Below are positions 1 to 10,912 of a stretch of 64,000 nucleotides of DNA, piece after piece. Origin of the DNA: Antedon mediterranea. Taxonomy: Eukaryota > Animalia > Echinodermata. Position numbers and translations under genes: made by a program. The DNA is taken from the NCBI RefSeq assembly GCF_964355755.1, contig NC_092677.1:2750101-2814100 (forward strand). Direction: 5' to 3'. Within the stretch, counting starts at the first letter, position 1, and the number at the start of each line of letters is the position of its first letter. The notes below the pieces were generated by a model. That model did not search any database, was not told the origin of the DNA, and was given only the letters and a program-made list of their open reading frames with translations.

Positions 1-1991
1 GACACTCCGGATAATGTACTGTGCTTGCCATAATTATTTTTGTTTAATTTAATTAACTTTGATTAGTAGCCCACTGACAGTTATTCATTGTAATTTGTTG
101 ATTTAATATTTCTTCTTACAACAATTCACTTTACCTGATGTGCTATGCCCAAAAATTGTTTTAAGGCAGATTTAAAACTATTGATTTTTATTTTACCTAG
201 GCCTACAGTAGCCATGCGTAGGCCTATCAATAATAATTGTTTATTAAAAATATCGATGCTATATTCTGCTTTTTTTGTGCTACCTACGGTGAATTTGGCA
301 GTGGCTGACTCTGACTGCCTTTGGCCACCTTTTTATTGAGTGGTAAATTATTAAAAATGTATTATATATAAACATTTTAAAATGTTTTAACAAAATATTC
401 TTTATCTTGTAATTATATGGAAGACATAATATTGTGTTAAGCCTGGTCACGTTGGACTTAATTGGACAAATTAACCGAGTCGCCGAAAAGTGAGTGAAAA
501 GAGGGTTAAATAACCAAGTTCGATGACTAATTTAGACGACCACTGCTTGTAGAATATTGAAAAGTCAAATCCTTACGTGTGACTCATGTGAGTCAATAAA
601 CTTCGGTAAAATTACTGCGTGAAATTATCCTAGTATACTAAGATCAAATTTCCGATTAGGTAAGTCATCTATACGTTTATATTTAATCTGATTGGTCAGT
701 TCAACCATCTTGTTGATTCCCTCTCCATGAAGAATCACTTTTTGAACTGCGATAATATTGGGGTTTGCGATCGGCTTAATATCGTTGAACGTACTTCCGT
801 CGTCGGCGTCGGCGACCGACCGAGAACGACGTCCATCTTTTTTTTATATAATTAAAGTGACATATTTATTATCGCGTTCATAGACCAAAATTAAACACTG
901 TACGCATGACCTTCAGGTGATAGGATACTATACATACAATTTCTATGAGGCCTGGGTTTCCTATATTTGCTACGTGATACGCATCATTAACACAATCAGG
1001 AACGCACCTCGATTCATTACAAACAATTCAACTAACTTTTTTGCTGTTAGGATTGCGACAAACTGCAACTGCTAAACAATCACACACCCAAGTCATATCT
1101 AATTTAATTTATTTTCATAATATAATATATTTTAATACACTTTTAATAAGAATTCCAAAATTCTACATACATAGTTGTTTCATTTTTTGTAATATACACA
1201 CTTAAGTTATAATGGTTATCTATAGGATAAAGTTAACTTTGCATATGAAATTATAAACCAAATATCTATCGATCAATCAATATATATGGTATATCATTTT
1301 CATAATATAAATTTACATAATCATTTTAATTGCAAGTTCAAGTTTATTTAAAGCCTGTTTTCTTAATCTATATCACTATATGTAATAAAAAAATAACGAT
1401 TGACATACTGTATAAACACTTAACATTGTATCCAGCCAGTGAAGTTTATAATCGAGATGCAGATAGTACATATTTGCATTGCATAACCATTAAGTCTACA
1501 AATCATATAAATGTTTGGCTTGTTTAAATATTGGTATATTCGTCACTAGATCCTTTTATTTTACAATTTTTATTAATTTCATTGCTGATAAAATAAATAA
1601 CTAATCATAGATTACAATTTTTACTAAATTTTGTATTGGAAATTTGCCTTGATTAAGTATTTCCCAACCCCATTTTCATCCATCTTCAATTGGCACTGTG
1701 CCAAAATGTTTTGAATCTGCCCCTGTGGTACTTGCTACTACAGTCTTTCTTCATATTCAATAGATTGCATATAGTACAGTAAATAAAGTAAACAAATAAG
1801 CATGTTAAATGAGTGCATTTCCAGTAATTATATTGATAATGAATTGTCTGTGTAAATGCTACATTTAATTCTGGAATATGTTATACTATTTTAATTTCAA
1901 ACCTAAATATTTTTACTTGAATGAAAGATTAGTAAAACCGTTAACCAATTTAAATCTGAATTGAGAATTTTTCATTGAACATTCATGTAAA

Positions 1992-2330
1992 TTAATAGCT
2001 TCGGAAGTAATACAGGTAAAGAATTTTAAAGCGACGTGGGTTGATCTGCAGATTGGAGTAGAGGGTTGTCATGCAGTAGTAGTTTGCGACCACACTCGTA
2101 ACTGTTGCCATCGACTGTATGCGCCGGTATCCTGCGACCACATTGTAGGATCTGTTTGATAGCATCAGTTGCGCTGTAACCATGAAAACCTGCTGGATGT
2201 TATTGCCATCCCTGTCACAAAGAACCATCGTACAATATCCTACACTGAAAAATGCTCCGTAACCTTGAAACTGTACTTTTATTGCATTGAAAGACCTTTG
2301 GAAAGTAGGTCTACATCGATTAGCCTCCAT
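1992..2330 (-). CDS. Unrecognised small-protein family, member A (112 aa, MEANRCRP...YFRSY), single coding exon
   Basis: Acceptor tttgaatttttcag|GTAAAATG (exon starts 2335); uninterrupted ORF; motifs DGNNIQQV-M-TAQLMLSNRSY-V-AGY-RIQ shared with four other loci in the window. Confidence 0.55.
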   Translation of the reverse strand: MEANRCRPTFQRSFNAIKVQFQGYGAFFSVGYCTMVLCDRDGNNIQQVFMVTAQLMLSNRSYNVVAGYRRIQSMATVTSVVANYYCMTTLYSNLQINPRRFKILYLYYFRSY

Positions 2331-2524
2331 TTTACCTGAAAAATTCAAAAGCATATGGAATGATGAGATATATCACTTAATACTTTACAGAGTAACAATA
2401 GTTAAGACAGATAAGATGTGCCTTAATGAACTATAATGTAAAAAATGTATGCTCCACAAGGAATGATTTTCTTCTATTATTTAAAGATAATAGTTAAGAT
2501 ATAATAATATTCTTTTTTTATATG

Positions 2525-2778
2525 ACGCTTATTGCACAATGCTTTTAAGCGCTTCACATTATTACCCCCATCATTTTTTTGGGGATCAAACATGTATGGA
2601 AACACACTCCCATAATGTTGTGTCTTGATCTAAACGGGTACCCATTTATACACCTGGATGGAGAGAGGCAAACAAAGTATCTTGCCTAAAGGATACAAGC
2701 AATGAAGCAGAGTTGGATTCGAACCACGATCTCACGATCAGTAGTCAAACGTCAAACACACTGCGCCACACGCCCTTA
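2525..2778 (-). mobile_element. tRNA-derived CORE-type SINE in the intron of family member A
   Basis: Minus strand: A-box-like TGGCGCAGTG, B box GGTTCGAATCC, CORE-like CTCTCTCCATCCAGGTGTATAAATGGGTACC; same position as copies near 23330 and 60500. Confidence 0.65.
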
Positions 2779-3179
2779 TATATTGTGCCACTGAAAAACT
2801 AATTAAACATTTTTTGGTTGAATATACCATTTTATGTCACATAATAGTTATCCACTTTGACCAATAATTGGATAAAAAAAAATGTAATTTAAAGTAAAAA
2901 ATAGTCAAATATGCTGGAGGCCAAGTAACGATTTATATGGTCATTTTTAAAGTAAAAACATTATTTTTTTTCGTTTTTTTTTTCTATGATAGTGAATAAC
3001 TTTATTAAAATTACAAAATAACCTATATTCATCAAAGTTTGATTTATTAATCTTTATTATTCATTCTTTAAATAATTGTTATTAGTTAAAAAAGACACAG
3101 TACAGCAGACCTCCCAACTTGGAAAAATTAGTTTGAACAATACATCAAACCATAGAGGGCGCTATTATTTGATTACATG

Positions 3180-3201
3180 CAGAGCCATATATATGGCTCT
3201 G
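3180..3201. mobile_element. 22-bp palindromic P-type transposon remnant (probable excision footprint)
   Basis: CAGAGCCATATATATGGCTCTG flanked by direct repeat ATTACATG; matches termini of the element at 44305-45121. Confidence 0.75.
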
Positions 3202-3271
3202 ATTACATGAATTTATTAGTTTAGATATAATATGTTGTTAATACCCATTTACAACGAATACCCTTTTCGCC

Positions 3272-3446
3272 GTGGCTAAAGATAGTAGGGCCTACGGTAC
3301 CGTATCCATACTTCTATAAACTAAAGGTATGGTAATTATAGCTTCCGTTTGCTAAAGGTACGGTAAAATTGAATTCCTAAAACTCGTTCCTAAATATAAA
3401 ACTCGTTTAGTTTTAGTATGGATAGCGGTACCGTATCTTTAGCCAT
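3272..3446. mobile_element. Small MITE-like inverted repeat
   Basis: TGGCTAAAGATA..CGGTACCGTATCCATACT / AGTATGGATAGCGGTACCGTATCTTTAGCCA arms. Confidence 0.45.
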
Positions 3447-3754
3447 ATTAATGTAAATCGCCGTAAATTTGTGTCAACGTGTTAGGAAACGTTAAAAAGT
3501 CTAAAATAATAAAGAAAATTTAATGAAAGACAGTTGTTTGTACAAAATTTTAAAAAAGCGTACGGTTCCTAATAGACTTTCCCCAAGTCTGCATTGTCTT
3601 TTTTATTTCATTCATACATTCATCTTTTTTATTTATTTTTCGATTCGATTTTTGTCTGAAAGTAGGCCTATACGTATGAAACGGTGTGCCAAAATAGTTA
3701 GCTTTACTAATATTTTTAAGTCAAAACTTCCTAAGTTCCTAAGATCTTGGCAAG

Positions 3755-3847
3755 AATTATCAACCAGCCAAAATGGTAGAGTAGATAAAATAGCGCAAGA
3801 TTCTTGCAAGATTTTTTATCCATACCATTTTGGCTGGTTGATAATTC
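3755..3847. repeat. Hairpin / MITE-like palindrome
   Basis: AATTATCAACCAGCCAAAATGGTA ... TACCATTTTGGCTGGTTGATAATT. Confidence 0.55.
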
Positions 3848-4182
3848 CCAAACTATTTTATCTGAGATCTTGGTGTTCTCTGCTGCAGAAACAGTGCAAA
3901 CACACACATAGACATCCCATGGAATTTGGAAATCATTGATTGATTGATTGATTGATCGACTCTCTTTCTAGCTCTCTTCGCTCTGCTGCTGATCGGAATG
4001 AGTACCCTACGGCCTAGAATTACTATATTTTTCGTATCATTATTGACAAGTTGGATCCATTTTTTGGATTGTAATTCATTTAGAAGGTTATGTCTGTTAA
4101 ACAATTCTTTATTGCCCTCTACTACAGGCTACCTAGGCCTAGGCTATATATTATTACTACTTTCTATAAGCCTCTACTCCAG

Positions 4183-4305
4183 GCGGTTCAGGGACGATTC
4201 GTCCCTGAGACGATTCGGCCCGGGACTATTCGGCCCACTTTTGGTGGGACGATTCGGCCCACTTTTGGGCCGAAACATCCCACTTTGTGGGCCGAAACGT
4301 CTCAC
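4183..4305. repeat. GC-rich non-autonomous element with direct and inverted subrepeats
   Basis: Repeated GACGATTCGGCCC followed by inverted GGGCCGAAAC(G/A)TC. Confidence 0.45.
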
Positions 4306-4495
4306 TTTAGACCAAATTCATATTAATTTTTTTGGGTATTTATCAAGGTATAGTAAAAAAAAGTTGTCCACTTCAAATTTTGATGAGGGGGAGGGGGAAA
4401 CGGACATTTTCAGAGGGTGCGGTTGAAAGGGTAAAAATGGCTGAGGTTTTAGGCCGAGACTTGAAATTTGGAAGTATAAATAAGTACAATTTAGG

Positions 4496-5135
4496 ATGTG
4501 TGTTATCCCCACTTTTATTTTCAATAATAATAGTGATTTAAGATGTAACATTATCAAGTTTGCGGATGACATGTGTTTGACTGGTCTTATTACAGGAGGG
4601 GATGAATTTGTATATAGAGAAGAAGTAACAAGGGTTTTAGATTGGTGTAATACTAATTATTTGTGTATTCTAAAAAAACCAAAGAGCTTATATTTGACTT
4701 CAGAAAAAATGTTAATCACATTCCACTTGTTATTGACGGAAATTATGTTGAAAATCCAGAGTCTCATAAATATTTATGGGTTTGGATAGATACGAATCTA
4801 AGTTGGGATACACATACGTGCAAAGTGTATGCTAAAGGTGTTCAACGACTGAAGTTGAAAACAATATAATATAGGCCGTGATTCTTTATTTCTTTTTTAT
4901 CAAAGTGTTATTCAATCTGTTTTAAGCTTTTGCTGTGTTACTTGGGTAAATGGTCTAACAAAGAAAAATTTGTGTAAGTTAAACAGAATAGTTAGGAATG
5001 CAAGCAAAATTACTAGTGTCGAAATTAAAGGTATCACACAAATGTGTAATGATGGAATGATATCTAAATGAAATAGTATTTTAGCTGATGAATCTGATAT
5101 TCTCAACAATAAGTTAAAACAATTTCAGTAAAAAC
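4496..5135 (+). mobile_element. Degenerate non-LTR retrotransposon (L2/CR1-group) reverse transcriptase C-terminal fragment
   Basis: IIKFADDM, KTKELIFDFRK, HKYLWVWID motifs with frameshifts. Confidence 0.8.
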
Positions 5136-6339
5136 AAATTGCATTTTTTGATGTATGACTCAATTTGTTTCATTGATTTTAAATGTTCTTGTCAGGTACC
5201 TATCAAAGTAGACTTGCCCCAAGTCTGTATTATCTTTTTTAAAAATTTATTTGTTTTTATTTCGACCGCGATTTTTGTCTGAAAATACAAACTTGTGAAA
5301 CACGTATATAAATCGATTTGCAGACCGCAAACATCCGATACGAATGACGTAGGTTATGATACCGTATTTGGCTATATGGGGCGGGCGGTATGTAAATATG
5401 GATTTCGAATCAACCAATGATCATTTTGTTTCAAAATGAAAAAGATCGAGTACGGACAGTGCTGAATGTACGATCGAGACTGTTGAAATATACTAAATCG
5501 TAATGCCAAGTTGTTTTGTTTATTAATTGTTTAGTCCTTGGCCTAGGCCTCTTTCGTAGGTCCTACTCAACTCGCACGTATGACCTGCCAAATAAAACGC
5601 CAATAAAGTAGGCTGCGCCTACATACCACCGGCACACGACAGGGCTACACCACCACACAGAACAGGACAGGGTCTGGGTGGAAATTAAATCAAAATTATC
5701 TCCGCGTAATAAATGATCCATTCAATGTTTGATTTGCGAAGAAGCTAGCCTATCATATCAAGACGAGTTTTCATGTTCTTGGGAAAAATCCCATCAAATG
5801 TTTACCAGACTACTAGGCATATAAAATAATTTCTAGCCTTCAGAAACGTTCATAAATGTACCCAAGTACACGTTGTCTAAACGTAACATAGCGCCGAGTC
5901 TTTGAAATTCTGAAATATGAATATTAAAACGGTGTACGAGTGAGTAGCCAATCGCATGCAGCTGAAACTAGTCAACCGGATAATCGTATGCACCAAGAAT
6001 TCTTGGTGTCAAACCACGTGACTTGTGCGTGTTTTCCCAGACGGAGTATCCAAAATCAAGTAGTATACGTATGAAACGCCATATGCACATTTCCTAGGGG
6101 TGGAGACTTATATATTTTGTTTCATAGTCCGGGGACTAGGCCCATTAAGCAGCTATATTTAACATAATGAAATTCTTACCTGGGGTTTCGATCTTGTGAT
6201 TGTGTCGGTAGTGGAAGAGGTCGTAATAAACGGAGGCACCAGAACCTGTTGTAGGAGAAGTATGTAGTATGTTGACGCGAAAAGAAATCAGAAACATATC
6301 TACATGAATTGATTAAATAAATATATATATATATATATG

Positions 6340-6745
6340 CACCAGAGTATATTGTGAGTGAAGCGCGATTGGTTGAGAAAAGCTCCAGAATATATTGTGA
6401 GTGAAGCGCGATTGGTTGAGAAAAGCTCCAGAATATATTGTGAAATATATATATGCACCAGAGTATATTGTGAGTGAAGCGCGATTGGTTGAGAAAAGCT
6501 CCAGAATATATTGTGAGTGAAGCGCGATTGGTTGAGAGAAGCTCCAGAATATATTGTGAGTGAAGCGCGATTGGTTGAGAAAAGCTCCAGAATATATTGT
6601 GAAATATATATATATGCACCAGAGTATATTGTGAGTGAAGCGCGATTGGTTGAGAAAAGCTCCAGAATATATTGTGAGTGAAGCGCGATTGGTTGAGAAA
6701 AGCTCCAGAATATATTGTGAGTGAAGCGTGATTGGTTGAGAGAAG
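6340..6745. repeat. 43-bp minisatellite (about 8 copies) with (AT)n-containing spacer variants
   Basis: GAATATATTGTGAGTGAAGCGCGATTGGTTGAGAAAAGCTCCA repeated. Confidence 0.9.
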
Positions 6746-7926
6746 TATGATTGGGAAATAGTGTTAGTGAGGGCGCAAACAATATGGAATAAATGGAGAA
6801 CCAAAACGGAAGAAGAGGAACGAGGCACTCGGAAAATAAGGTATCTGCAAGGCAAAACGGTATAGAAAAGAGGTACACTCTGAAAAGAAGTTAATGGGTT
6901 TGCAAGGCAACGGTGTCGGTATCGTCGGATTAGAGAGCAATATATTTATTGACAACTTAATGAGTATCTACATTATGATATATTGTTATGTAATCTATAA
7001 ATAGTTGGTTTGATATTTAAATGAACTACAGCCTACAGGTACTAAAAAACCGTCAAAGAAAGTGGTTTCTAAATTTCGTTTGCAGCGACCTTCCTTACAA
7101 TTTGATGACGCCCTCAACTACAACTTATGTCAAATAAATTTAAAAAAAAATTAACCCATTGACCCCTAAGTTTATGTTGCTCCCCCGGGACCTAAAAAGC
7201 ATATGTCACATAATTAACCCTAACTTTTTTTCTAAACACAGACATTAAAAACAAATTAAAAGGAAAAATAATGCAAAGGACATTTTATTTTCAAATATGT
7301 TATCAAATTTGTGTTACAACTTATTTTGGTGGAGTATGGATTATGCAAATATTAGAAATATTATTGTTCTACTCTGGCCTCTATATAGGTCTATATTTAG
7401 TACTTACTGTACATACATGGTGGGTTCAATTCCATTTTAAACAACTTTCTTCTCATTATTTATCTTCTATTTAAAGTTTTATACCCATAATACTGTCTCA
7501 ATACTAATTGAAAATACTTTTTACTATTTCATAATTATTACCTTGATACTAAATTTACTATTGAACTGCTAATTCTCTGTTTTCTTTCTGCTGGTTTGAG
7601 TTTTCTAATTTAATATTCACTTGGTTATTTTTTGTTTTTTAATACCTAATATATTAACACTTTGACAACTAGAATTAATTGTTTGCAACGGAGGAGCTGG
7701 TGGATTTGCAGTATCCATCCATAGTTTTGTATATTGTGAGCTGTTCTGTAAAAGTGTTAAACATTTTATTCAGTAATTGATAAATTAATTGATAAAGTAG
7801 TTGACATTTGTGAAAAGACAGTGATTCTTTATGTAAACGTCGTTTATGAAAAAACTGTAATGATTACGTTCGGATGTTTGGTACTTGGCGGGATCGATTA
7901 TCATCAAAGATTCCACGAAATGATGT

Positions 7927-7934
7927 ACTTCCGG
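7927..7934 (-). promoter_or_regulatory. ETS/GABP-type site in the ATP5MG promoter
   Basis: ACTTCCGG (CCGGAAGT on minus strand) about 80 bp upstream of the ATG; motif only. Confidence 0.35.
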
Positions 7935-8013
7935 ATCGACTCGGTCAATCTAAAAAACGTCCATCTTTTATTTGTGATTTATAAAGTTAGCAGCCAAGTT
8001 ACCACCGGCTAAA

Positions 8014-8098
8014 ATGGCAAAAGTAGCACAGAAACTCGTTGGTTTAACCCAACGGTTAGGCACATCCATGGTGGTACAAGGACCTAAGATAACATCAG
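8014..8098 (+). CDS. ATP5MG: Mitochondrial ATP synthase subunit g, exon 1
   Basis: MAKVAQKLVGLTQRLGTSMVVQGPKITS; donor CAG|gtatgt, phase 1. Confidence 0.85.
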
Positions 8099-8440
8099 GT
8101 ATGTTAGTTATAATTTTTTAGTTTTATAATGACGTTTTCCGAGTGGATTTTGTTGGTGTCAGTCAGCAGCACACAAGTACAAAAACACAGTGTTGGAACA
8201 GGCCTATACTACTTGCAGTACCAGGCCTAGCCTGAACAGGATACCTGCTGTTAGGATTAGTTAGCTAATTTCTAATACTAATATAGTAATACTAAATAGT
8301 AATAAATAATTTTAGTAAAAATTATTATACTGTAGACTCTGTAGGCTAATAATATAAACAAGTTCCATTAAATTGTTCAGATCAAGTTGTTCTTTGTATT
8401 ACACAAAACCAATGACTTATGCACGTGCCAATTGTATGAC

Positions 8441-9273
8441 CAAAGAATATATATCACAAGAATGAGTATTCCGCGATTTTTGCATGAGAAATTTGTAACA
8501 GAGAGCTCCAGTGAGTGATGCCCGCCCTCATAAGGGCGGATGTATACATACTAAATAAGACTTGATTTAATAGATATTATACATGTCACATTAAATAGAA
8601 TTATGATAATAGTTTTTGCAATTGTAAACTATTTTATAATACATATTTATTAACAAACTAGTGTACATTCACTTTTACAGACAATTATTTACTAACATGC
8701 TAAGTTCACAAAAAATGCCTAACACAGCAACACCAAAAATCAATGAATCGTTACTCAGCACGGCCTATTCTTTACCATTGCCGTGTACTACTCTACGCCC
8801 GGTAAATTAAGTATTGTTTTTATGATATAAATTAGTATAAAATACATGTTATTAATAGGACAAAATGTTAAATGTTATTAACATTTATTTGTTTTACCAG
8901 AAACAAGTTAAATATAGGAATATTAATAAACAATCCTTTGTGAAAACGCGTAAACACCAACACGCCCGGTAACGCTATCGTAGCGCCAGGTTGATAAAGC
9001 AAACTGTTTATACGGCAGTTTTTACTAAATAAATTGCATAAAACGAACAAGTAAATATCCAAATAGTATTTAACATGATGTTGGCATGTAGTTGATAACA
9101 TTTTTTATCATGAAAATACTACCGGTGGTCTAGCCTTTGATTATTGAAACCGTCACAAAAAGTTGTATACATCCCAGATACATCCACACTTATGGCGGCG
9201 CCCTACCACATGGACAATATTACTGTTACAGGGAAAATCGCGGAATACTCATTCTTGTGATATATATTCTTTG
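8441..9273. mobile_element. P-element-type non-autonomous DNA transposon in ATP5MG intron 1
   Basis: TIR CAAAGAATATATATCACAAGAATGAGTATTCCGCGATTTT; 7-bp TSD GTATGAC; appears nested in an older palindromic element (about 8430-9515). Confidence 0.8.
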
Positions 9274-9652
9274 GTATGACCCACAATACGACTTTCGGGA
9301 GAGGTGCATCATTTGTCCGATGTGCGTCATACCTTATGAATACCATGACGCACACCCTGAGGGACAAACAAAGTGAGGGACATTGACACACCATCGTTCA
9401 TATTTATGTGACGTAACATCTAGGTTTTTCGATGCACCCCTGCCTCAATAATTATCTGTAAATTACGCATCCATGACGCACTTCTCTCGGCGTTCATATA
9501 GTGGGTCATAATTATCCATACTATTGACAAATAAGGATACAATAATTAGCACAGACCAACTCAAACCTATGCCTCTTGCATGCAAGTCTGATCCCTAATA
9601 TCACTCTCTGAAAGTATCCATCTGATAATCATTATTGGTTTTCTTGCACTAG

Positions 9653-9813
9653 ATGCTGTCCAGTATTCCAAACCTAGACTATCCAAGTTCTGGTATTATG
9701 CTAAAGTGGAGTTAGCGCCACCATATCCAAGCGAGTTTCCGCAAATAATGAAAAGTGCTCAAGATATAGTCAAGTCAGCCACGACTGGTAAATGGGCTCA
9801 ACTAACTGTTAAG
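9653..9813 (+). CDS. ATP5MG: Mitochondrial ATP synthase subunit g, exon 2
   Basis: YSKPRLSKFWYYAKVELAPP...TGKWAQLTVK signature; ag|...|gtaaac. Confidence 0.95.
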
Positions 9814-10138
9814 GTAAACATTATTTAGTTTTTTTACCACTGGTACTGTACATGTTTTTCTCCTAATGAATTGATACATGCCAAAACTTAAAACCAAACC
9901 GAACTTTTTTTACATTTAAATAATGGAATAAAATAAAGGGATTACAATTTTAGATTAAATGACATTGCCTTTCACTTCATTAAATTTATTTATTTCAATA
10001 CAAACAAAATCAATTAAAAAAAAACATGAGACAAGGACACCCCAAAAGTGAACCAAATCCCTGTTGTTGAGAGTGGTCACCCACTTATAAAGTACAATAA
10101 CAATTATTTTTTAAATATACTATTTTGTGTATTTACAG

Positions 10139-10267
10139 GAAGCTTGGTTAAATACACTAGTCTGTATGGAAGTTGCATTCTGGTTCTTTGTAGGTGAACA
10201 AATTGGCCGCAAGAGCATCGTTGGCTACAAAGTGAACAGTGATTTTGAACCTTTAGGATACATCTAG
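10139..10267 (+). CDS. ATP5MG: Mitochondrial ATP synthase subunit g, exon 3 (total 124 aa)
   Basis: EAWLNTLVCMEVAFWFFVGEQIGRKSIVGY...stop; AATAAA near 10506. Confidence 0.95.
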   Translation, partial: EAWLNTLVCMEVAFWFFVGEQIGRKSIVGYKVNSDFEPLGYI

Positions 10268-10675
10268 ACTACGCAATACTATGACATGCAATTGACCTCG
10301 GATAACATGAACTATGAAAAGTTAGTATGATTATAATACCAGTTTAGAGAGTAACCAGAAGAGGTACTGAAGCAGTGTGTGAGGTGTACTCAGTGGCTAG
10401 AGTAGTGAAGCATGTTAAATCAAGACCACAATACTGCCCTCTATTGACCTAATTATTTTGTTTCGTTTAATCTATAGAATTGCAGTGATGAGTTTGAAAT
10501 GTTGAAATAAATTTATCAGACTTTTGCCAAAATTATTTTGTTGTTTTACAAAACTGTACTTTGAATATTTGTTTTTTTTTTTTTTGGAGACATGAAATAA
10601 TACTTGTTTCTACAGAATATCATCCATATTTTGTATATTAAATACAGCACAGTACTATAGATTATAATGAAGAAG

Positions 10676-10812
10676 TACCTGTCTACACTATCAAACTTGT
10701 GACAATAAATGTGATGTGCCCATATATGGACATGATGATGTCATATCACTACCGTATTTAAGCACATCACACTTTTTTGGTCAAACTAGTTTGATAGTGC
10801 AGACAGAGCTTT
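10676..10812. mobile_element. PIF/Harbinger-like MITE (copies also near 11643-11785, 41760-41965, 55150-55272)
   Basis: TIR CTGTCTACACTATCAAAC / GTTTGATAGTG(T/C)AGACAGAGCT followed by TTA; shared internal GTGCCCATATATGGACA. Confidence 0.7.
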
Positions 10813-10912
10813 ATATCTAAAGACGCATTCAAATTTATTTGTGTTCAAAAACTGTTTGAAAATCACTCTTCACTTTTTTTCTAAGAGTAAAGATGAAACA
10901 TGCAAGAAGTAT

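Noticed and set aside
3853-4426. ORFs in the block repeated near 41340 and 62040-62300
   Set aside because: Frames are not conserved between paralogous copies
6176-6878. Three overlapping minus-strand ORFs
   Set aside because: Translations of the 43-bp minisatellite
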